A stretch of 12,859 nucleotides of DNA, taken from the NCBI GenBank assembly GCA_051892935.1, contig JBJFGS010000030.1:1-12859 (forward strand), given 5' to 3'. A program made the position numbers and the translations under genes. The stretch comes from Candidatus Coprovivens sp. GTDB lineage: Bacteria > Bacillota_I > Bacilli_A > RF39 > UBA660. This document shows, piece after piece, positions 6,652 to 12,859 of the stretch. A model generated the notes under the pieces. The model searched no databases, was not told the DNA's origin, and saw only the letters and a program-made list of their open reading frames with translations. Position 1 is the first letter of the stretch. Every line of letters begins with the position of its first letter.

Positions 6652-9174
6652 CTAGGAAGTCAGCTTATCCTCCTTTCGATTTTTATATAACATATATCCT
6701 ATATTAATAACAGGCACTATTAATAATAGTGACGCTATTATTAGCAAAATTAACATGCCACTTTTTCCAGTGGCTGGAAGTATATAGCCTGCAATGTTGT
6801 AGAATGTTACTTCTTGTGTACTTCCATTTTTTATACTGCAACTTGGATCATTACAATTTGCTAGTGCACTAGTGACTCTATCACCACTATTTATTTTATT
6901 TTTGACAACGTAACCATTGGTTGTCAATTCTTTTACTTCATATTGTGATGTGATTGGTAATCCTTTTATGATTATATAATCACCATCTTTTAATTTGAAT
7001 GTATCATTTAATAGGTTTATACTTCCTTGAGTTTCTGTATTAGTTGATGCATGATATAGTGTGTAATTATAACTTCCTGTTAGTGTTGTGGCATTATATT
7101 TAACAGTTAATTTAAATTCAAATTCTCCACTATAATCTTTATTACCTTCAACTAATTTAGATATTTTTAAATTACCATTTTTAATACTATTGTATATAAC
7201 GCCATTATTTGGTCCACCTGTTGTAACTCCATATGCTACTTCTACTTCATATACGTCAGAAGATGGATTGTAATTACTTGGTGCTTCTGTTTCTTTTAAA
7301 ATATATTTATGACCAGATGGAATATTATTAAAGGTTACTGTTCCACTTGAAGTGGAAGTTGCTTCATATGTTTGATTTGTTGCCATATGATGATTATGTG
7401 TCTTATCTTCATTTAGGCAAGGACAATTTGCATCATGCGTTAATGTAAATTTAGCACCAGCTAAAGTTGTTTCTGCTAAATTGTCGAATGATGATGCCTT
7501 TTTAGTAAACGATAAGTTTCCTAAGTATCCAACTACTTTTGGGATTGGAAATTCTATTGTTTTGTTTTCTGATAAAACTCCATTATTTCGTATTACATAT
7601 GTTAACTTTGTCGTTCCATTCGTGTTGTATATTGATGAAGTACTAAATGGTGTTATTTCATTTTCGAGTCGAATTCTATATTTTATTGAATAAAAATATG
7701 TTGTTATATTATTTTCTTTTGTTTCTTCATATGTTGAATTTTTTAAATCCCATTTTATTGTTCCGTTTGTTGTTGAAGCTGTATCCGATTGATTAGTTAT
7801 TCCTTTTGTTAAACTATCTTGAAGATTTTCAGCTTCGTTTGTATCATCGAAGAAACCAACAAATTCAATGTTTTCGATGTTTCCATCTACACCCATTGGA
7901 TCTTCGGCAACCCATGTTGCTTGAGATGATTCTTCAGTCATCTGTTTAATTCCTTCAAAGATTTTGCCATATGCATCTACTATTGAACCGCTTTGTGATG
8001 AATCATAATAGTATCCGCTTCCTGATGACATGTAATCTTGCAACCATTTTTTATAATAAGTTGTGCAATTAGTTTCATATTCATATCTTATACTATTATC
8101 TATTTTGGCATTGTTTAGAGGTTTTGTTAACCCTGGAGTAACCGCATAATATCTATTTCCATAATAAGCATAGTTGTTGTTCTCATAATCACTATCCATA
8201 GTCATAAGACCGCTCTCTTGTGGTTGAGTATATCTTAATCGAAAAAGAGATGGTTGTTTATTTATTCCTATACCAATTGTATAAATTGAAACGCCGGATT
8301 GCTTTAAACTATTTATTACATTTTCGGCACGTCTTGCTCCTAAATCACTGTAATTTGTTCCAAGATATGTACTACCTAATCCTGCTGATACATACATTCC
8401 AGCATCGAAATTATAAAATACTCCAGGAGTTGCTTGGGTTGGTGTGGCACCGCCACTTAGTCTTAAACTTGGGTCTTGTGGATTATATCCTGTATAACCA
8501 CCTATAGTTTTACTATAAGTCGTTGGAAGTCCGTCTGTAAGGAATATAATATACTTGTTTTGAATTTGGCTATCATTAAGCATATCTTTAGCTCTTGATA
8601 AACCAGCTTCCATATTAGTAAATCTTTCATCGGTTGTTTTAGTTGTAATAGAATCAACCTGCGATATCATATTATTTCTTTGGGTAGTTGTTTTACAATC
8701 ACTTAATCCAAATACTTCGTATGAAGATGTTGCAAAGGTTACAAATCCAATTTGTCTTTTGGCAGCTGTTGCATCACTAGCAGATGCTTCTTCTTGAAAT
8801 CTAGTGATAAAACTTTTAGCCGCACTTTTAGCCTCATCAACTCTCGTTGTAGTTGATCCCACCATATCGTTTGATGTCATAGTATTAGATATATCCATTA
8901 CGATGACAACTGCAATATCTTGGGCTTTTATTATTTCTTCAATTTTTGTTTGGGTTTTAACAGTAAGAGTTATATCAAAATAGTTTTCTAAGTCTGTTTC
9001 TGCTATTGTTTTGCTTACTTCTACTCCATCTTGGCTATTTGAACCACCTTTATTTGTTACTTGATTGTAACCTTGTATTACACTACTATGAAGTGCAAAT
9101 ACAAAACCTGAAATACTGAAAAATAAAACAAGTAGATAAATAATTATACTGGTCAACTTTCTTTGTTGTTCCAT
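6652..9174 (-). CDS. vWA-domain tip pilin/adhesin with Cna/SpaA-type domains and LPATG anchor
   Basis: VVIVMDISNTM (MIDAS-like DxSxT), TNMEAGL, IIFLTDGLPT and IYTIGIG vWA motifs; E-box YILKETEAPSNY; LPATG + transmembrane helix + basic tail; AGGAGG RBS at 9181-9186. Confidence 0.9.
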   Translation of the reverse strand: MEQQRKLTSIIIYLLVLFFSISGFVFALHSSVIQGYNQVTNKGGSNSQDGVEVSKTIAETDLENYFDITLTVKTQTKIEEIIKAQDIAVVIVMDISNTMTSNDMVGSTTTRVDEAKSAAKSFITRFQEEASASDATAAKRQIGFVTFATSSYEVFGLSDCKTTTQRNNMISQVDSITTKTTDERFTNMEAGLSRAKDMLNDSQIQNKYIIFLTDGLPTTYSKTIGGYTGYNPQDPSLRLSGGATPTQATPGVFYNFDAGMYVSAGLGSTYLGTNYSDLGARRAENVINSLKQSGVSIYTIGIGINKQPSLFRLRYTQPQESGLMTMDSDYENNNYAYYGNRYYAVTPGLTKPLNNAKIDNSIRYEYETNCTTYYKKWLQDYMSSGSGYYYDSSQSGSIVDAYGKIFEGIKQMTEESSQATWVAEDPMGVDGNIENIEFVGFFDDTNEAENLQDSLTKGITNQSDTASTTNGTIKWDLKNSTYEETKENNITTYFYSIKYRIRLENEITPFSTSSIYNTNGTTKLTYVIRNNGVLSENKTIEFPIPKVVGYLGNLSFTKKASSFDNLAETTLAGAKFTLTHDANCPCLNEDKTHNHHMATNQTYEATSTSSGTVTFNNIPSGHKYILKETEAPSNYNPSSDVYEVEVAYGVTTGGPNNGVIYNSIKNGNLKISKLVEGNKDYSGEFEFKLTVKYNATTLTGSYNYTLYHASTNTETQGSINLLNDTFKLKDGDYIIIKGLPITSQYEVKELTTNGYVVKNKINSGDRVTSALANCNDPSCSIKNGSTQEVTFYNIAGYILPATGKSGMLILLIIASLLLIVPVINIGYMLYKNRKEDKLTS

Positions 9175-9221
9175 ATTATACCTCCTGATAAAATTTTTTC
9201 CCCTTTTTGTTCTATTTAATC

Positions 9222-9893
9222 CTATTCAGTAAATCCAAAATTATTAAATGGCCATACCCTAAATACTATTTTTCCAATAATATCATCTTCTGAAATACTA
9301 CCTATTTCAGAATTTCGTGAATCAGTTGATTCTGTTCTATCATCGCTTAATACAAAATAGTGACCATCTGGTACTTGATATGGAAATTCTATATCGTATT
9401 CTCCTATTACTTTATTAGAAACGTATGATTCTTCTAGTTGTAATCCATCGACATAGACATTTCCTTCTTCATCTATTGCTACCCATTCTCCTGGAGATGC
9501 TATAACACGTTTAACAAGAATTTTATTACCATGATAAAATGCTATTACATCTTTTCTTTTGAGATTAGTAGTTTTAATTGATATGACAAATTCACCATTA
9601 TTATATTTAGGAGCCATTGATGAACCACTAATTTGAAATACTGGCATAAAGAATGTTGCTAGTAATGTAGCAATAGCTGCTATAATAACCAAAGCATAAA
9701 TTGTACTTTTTAATACTTTGATATATTTAGATTTGTATGTTTCCCTTTTTAGTTCTTCTTCAATTTCTTTTGAAGTTAAAGATTTAATATCAATTTCTTT
9801 TTTTGGCTTTTCTTTTTTTGGAGTAATTTTTTTTAATTCTTCTAACCAATTATTTTTTTTGTTCTTTTTGACTACTTTTTTATTTTTAGGCAT
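9222..9893 (-). CDS. lepB: Signal peptidase I (S26), pilus-locus associated
   Basis: Single transmembrane helix, then ISGSSMAP (catalytic Ser), LVKRVIA (catalytic Lys), YFVLSDDRTESTDSR (box E), IIGKIVFRVWP. Confidence 0.93.
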   Translation of the reverse strand: MPKNKKVVKKNKKNNWLEELKKITPKKEKPKKEIDIKSLTSKEIEEELKRETYKSKYIKVLKSTIYALVIIAAIATLLATFFMPVFQISGSSMAPKYNNGEFVISIKTTNLKRKDVIAFYHGNKILVKRVIASPGEWVAIDEEGNVYVDGLQLEESYVSNKVIGEYDIEFPYQVPDGHYFVLSDDRTESTDSRNSEIGSISEDDIIGKIVFRVWPFNNFGFTE

Positions 9894-10498
9894 TATTTAG
9901 ACTCCTTTTTAGTTTTTTTAGTACTTTTTTTAGGAGTGTTATTGGCTGTAGTCTTTTCATCTTTAACTTTTTGATTCTCTACTTTTTTTTCTTCTAATTG
10001 TTCTTGTTTTGGTTGGGTTTTAGTATTTTTAGCAATTTTTTTCTCTAAATCTTTAATTTGTTTTTCAAGTTCTTTTATTCTGCTTTCTGATTCTTTTTCT
10101 ATCTTATTACATTTTTCTTCAGTTTCTTTTTCTTTTTCAGCACATTTCTTAGCAGTTTGTTCTGCTTTTTTTACACATTTGGCTTCAGTTTCAGCAATAA
10201 GTTTAGCTTTTAACTCTCTACATTCTTTTTTAAACTTTTTTTCTTCTTTTTTTATAGATTCTTCAATGTTAAGTTTATATATTGCAATAGCATCATCAGC
10301 ATTTTTAAAAATATCACTTAGTTTTAAAGCAGCTTCTGCTAAGTTTCCTGTTTCTGCTAATGAAACCTTTTTGGATGCTAATTTTTTTTCAGATTCATCT
10401 AACTTAACTTCTAAATCTTCAATTCTTTTAGTTTGTTCGAGAAGAATTTCAAGCAATTCTTTTCGGCTTAACTTTTTCAGTTCGTTTTTGCTATCCAT
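9893..10498 (-). CDS. Uncharacterised cytoplasmic coiled-coil protein, first gene of the pilus operon
   Basis: Start revised to ATG 10498 (GGGGG RBS-like run at 10504-10508). ELKKLSRKELLEILLEQ...GNLAEAALKLSDIF followed by Lys/Glu-rich helical repeats; no signal peptide or transmembrane segment; stop overlaps the signal peptidase start (TAATG 9891-9895). Confidence 0.8.
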   Translation of the reverse strand: MDSKNELKKLSRKELLEILLEQTKRIEDLEVKLDESEKKLASKKVSLAETGNLAEAALKLSDIFKNADDAIAIYKLNIEESIKKEEKKFKKECRELKAKLIAETEAKCVKKAEQTAKKCAEKEKETEEKCNKIEKESESRIKELEKQIKDLEKKIAKNTKTQPKQEQLEEKKVENQKVKDEKTTANNTPKKSTKKTKKESK

Positions 10499-10556
10499 GT
10501 AAACCCCCACTTTATTAGTCAACCCTATGCAATCTTTTCTTCTTTTGTGATTATTT

Positions 10557-10584
10557 ATTATAAACTGATTTTAGAATTTTTCAA
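10557..10584 (-). promoter_or_regulatory. Candidate sigma-A promoter of the pilus operon
   Basis: Minus strand TTGAAA (10584-10579), 16-bp spacer, TATAAT (10562-10557) in the only sizeable intergenic gap upstream of the operon; the AT-rich background lowers specificity. Confidence 0.55.
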
Positions 10585-10687
10585 GAATTTTTTGATCAAA
10601 TTTGATGTATTAGTTAATTTTTATTGCTTTTAAGGAGAAATTTTTCATTTCTTATATATTTTATTAATCAAAATAAAATATATGAAC

Positions 10688-10720
10688 AAAATAAAAAATC
10701 TCGCTATTTGTGAGATTTTT
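10688..10720 (-). terminator. Probable intrinsic terminator after the carboxypeptidase gene
   Basis: AAAAATCTC (10694-10702) / GAGATTTTT (10712-10720) inverted repeat with the TAG stop in the loop; the minus strand reads ...GAGATTTTTTATTTT. Confidence 0.55.
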
Positions 10721-11915
10721 CTGACTTAATTATTACTAATAAAATTGGTACAAGAATTATTAATATTACTGATATTAAAGCTATTATAAGTTTATCTTGA
10801 TAATATATTAATAATTTTTTATATGAAGGAGAAAATTGAGTATTTAAATATACCGGTTCATTATCTATTAATGTATCTTGATAATAATAATTTATTTCTC
10901 CTATTTGAGTTCCTTTTTTATCTTTATATGATAAAGATGTTGGACCATTATACTCTATTTTTATATCATTTTTATTATAATCTTTTGGTAAATAAAGAGA
11001 TATTTCTTTGGTAGATGAGATACTAAAAATATCAGAAGTACTTAGATTTACTTGGATATTTTTAGTGTACTCATTTGGTACTATGATGGTTTCGTAATTA
11101 TTACTTAATTCTGTATAGTTAATTAATTCTATAGCATCTGTAATATTGTATGGATGATTTTCGTTACTAGGTGCTCCTAATGTAATAATTAGTATTTCAT
11201 GTGATTCATCTTCCATTAAGGCAGAGATACATAGACCAGCATTAGCAGTAAAACCTGTTTTACTACCAAGTATTTTACTAGTATCTAGATTATATTTAAT
11301 ACCTTGTTTTAGGACTGTTGATTGAAGTTTTTTACCATTACTCATTGTATATTCTTTAGTTGTATATACTTTTTTAAATAATTCATTATTTAAAGAGTAT
11401 TCTAATAGTTTTTTTATATCTTCTGCTGTACTGTAATGGTTATCTTCATCTAAGCCATGAACGTTTACGAAGTTAGAATTATTCATACCTATTTTTTGTG
11501 CTAGTTCATTCATGGCTTTGATGAAGTTATCTAGGGAACCACTAGAAGAATATGCTAATGCTACTGTTGCATCTGCTCCTGATGGGAGCATTGCTCCATA
11601 TAATAAGTCTTCGAATGTATAAGTTTTTCCTACTTCTAGTCCTGCTATGGAAGCGTAATAAGCTACATTATTTTTCATTTCTTGAGTATATGTTATTGTT
11701 TTTGTTGTATCATCTATCTTTTCAATAGCTGTTATTATAGTCATTAGTTTAGTTAAACTAGCTATGGCTTGTTGTTCATTGCTATTTTTTTCATATAAAA
11801 CTTTTTTATCAGTTAAATCGTATATAGTAATATTTTTATAGTGTAACTCTGGATATTCTAAAGCAATAACATTTATGGGAATTAATAGTAAAAATAATAA
11901 AATTATTTTCTTCAT
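10704..11915 (-). CDS. D-alanyl-D-alanine carboxypeptidase (peptidase S11, Dac/PBP5 family)
   Basis: Signal peptide; IASLTKLMT (SxxK), LPSGADA (SxN position), FVNVHGL, GSKTGFT (KTG); C-terminal beta domain and transmembrane anchor; AAGGAG RBS. Confidence 0.94.
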   Translation of the reverse strand: MKKIILLFLLLIPINVIALEYPELHYKNITIYDLTDKKVLYEKNSNEQQAIASLTKLMTIITAIEKIDDTTKTITYTQEMKNNVAYYASIAGLEVGKTYTFEDLLYGAMLPSGADATVALAYSSSGSLDNFIKAMNELAQKIGMNNSNFVNVHGLDEDNHYSTAEDIKKLLEYSLNNELFKKVYTTKEYTMSNGKKLQSTVLKQGIKYNLDTSKILGSKTGFTANAGLCISALMEDESHEILIITLGAPSNENHPYNITDAIELINYTELSNNYETIIVPNEYTKNIQVNLSTSDIFSISSTKEISLYLPKDYNKNDIKIEYNGPTSLSYKDKKGTQIGEINYYYQDTLIDNEPVYLNTQFSPSYKKLLIYYQDKLIIALISVILIILVPILLVIIKSEKSHK

Positions 11916-11937
11916 AATAAGACTCCTTAATTAATTA

Positions 11938-12859
11938 TTAATTTATTGATTCTCCGTTTACATATAATTTATGATTATTAAAATTAATATTTGAGTTATC
12001 TTTTCTTTTATTATTTAATTCTTTTATATATAAATCTTCAATTAGGATTATTTTAGAAGTATCATCTATATTTATGATTATATTATTATTTTGATTGTTA
12101 TTTATTTCACCCATTAGTAATGAATTTTCTTTTAAATTTATAGTTAGTTTAGACTTATTATCTAGTTCTATATCTCCTTGGAATGTTTGATTATTGCAAT
12201 TTATGTTTACTTCACTATTTGTCATTTTTAATATTTTATTACTACCATAGTTTAATTGAGTTTTAGTTAGGGAAAGTGTTGTAGTACTATCTAATATATT
12301 AAAAAGAATTGCTGTTTTATAATAAGGTAATTTACTATTTATATTTAAACTAGAATCTTTAAGTGTTATATCGGTTGTTTCTTTACCTCTTATTAAGAAA
12401 CCTGATGCTAGTTCTTCATCATCGTTACTTGCTCCTGCTGAAATTAATGTTGTGTTTTTTATAGTTAGTTTACCACCTGTTAGAACAGCAAATCTTGAGC
12501 CGTTAGATGTTCCTGTACTATCTTCTATTGTTAGAGAACCACTACTTTTAAATAATGGTGATGAACTACCATTTGTTTCTAACATTGAATTATTTAAAGT
12601 CGCAGTCCCATATTTACTTTTTATAAGTATAGCTGGCGAATGTGGGTATTTAGTTATGATATTTGTATGTTCTAGTTCCAGTGTTGCGCTAGTTGCTACA
12701 ACTGCTCCATTATTGTGTACGGCATAACTTTTTATTTCTGAATCGATTAAAGATACTTTGGTTTTTTGACCGCTTGCATATATTCCGTTAACGTATTCTA
12801 CTGTTGACTCTATTTTAGAATTAGTTATTTTAAGTTGTGATCCGTATGATACAGCAATA
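11938..12859 (-). CDS. Beta-helix-like repeat protein (hypothetical, adhesin-like), 5' end outside the window
   Basis: The frame of supplied ORF 11938..12585 stays open to the window edge (IAVSYGSQLKITNSKIESTVEYVNGIYASGQKTKVSLIDSEIKS...ATLNNSMLETNG...). Recurring L-x-I-x-N/D-S-x-I units suggest parallel beta-helix rungs. Confidence 0.65.
   Translation of the reverse strand, partial: IAVSYGSQLKITNSKIESTVEYVNGIYASGQKTKVSLIDSEIKSYAVHNNGAVVATSATLELEHTNIITKYPHSPAILIKSKYGTATLNNSMLETNGSSSPLFKSSGSLTIEDSTGTSNGSRFAVLTGGKLTIKNTTLISAGASNDDEELASGFLIRGKETTDITLKDSSLNINSKLPYYKTAILFNILDSTTTLSLTKTQLNYGSNKILKMTNSEVNINCNNQTFQGDIELDNKSKLTINLKENSLLMGEINNNQNNNIIINIDDTSKIILIEDLYIKELNNKRKDNSNINFNNHKLYVNGESIN

Noticed and set aside
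9827-9834. A8 tract in the signal peptidase gene as a phase-variation site
   Set aside because: The gene is in frame, and A7-A8 runs are common in Lys-rich codons of this genome.
10499-10522. TTG start at 10522 for the coiled-coil gene
   Set aside because: The G-rich RBS-like run at 10504-10508 is spaced for ATG 10498.
10575-10590. CodY box over the pilus promoter
   Set aside because: Four mismatches to AATTTTCWGAAAATT in very AT-rich DNA; not distinguishable from chance.
11574-11582. SGA instead of SxN as evidence of an inactive carboxypeptidase
   Set aside because: SxxK, the second Ser and KTG are intact and the third SxN position varies among S11 enzymes; not enough to call a pseudo-enzyme.

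Overview
Very AT-rich, gene-dense bacterial DNA of Bacillota (Firmicutes) type, with AGGAGG ribosome-binding sites, sigma-A-like promoters and standard genetic code; every credible gene is on the minus strand. In transcription order (right to left): a 5'-truncated beta-helix-like protein and a D-Ala-D-Ala carboxypeptidase; a seven-gene sortase-dependent pilus operon (uncharacterised coiled-coil protein, signal peptidase I, vWA tip pilin, major pilin, class C sortase, LPETG minor/basal pilin, small second sortase); and a CsoR-regulated metal (probably copper) operon with a clear promoter and palindromic operator. That operon holds csoR, an HMA + DsbD_2/TauE-like membrane + cupredoxin gene split by a -1 frameshift at an A8 tract, and a DUF2318-type Cys-rich lipoprotein, and runs without a terminator into a 3'-truncated mnmA. 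The most notable points are the slippery-site frameshift in the metal-handling gene, the CopA-less CsoR operon architecture, and the coiled-coil/signal-peptidase pair heading a two-sortase pilus locus. Family assignments come from recognising motifs by eye, not from database searches.
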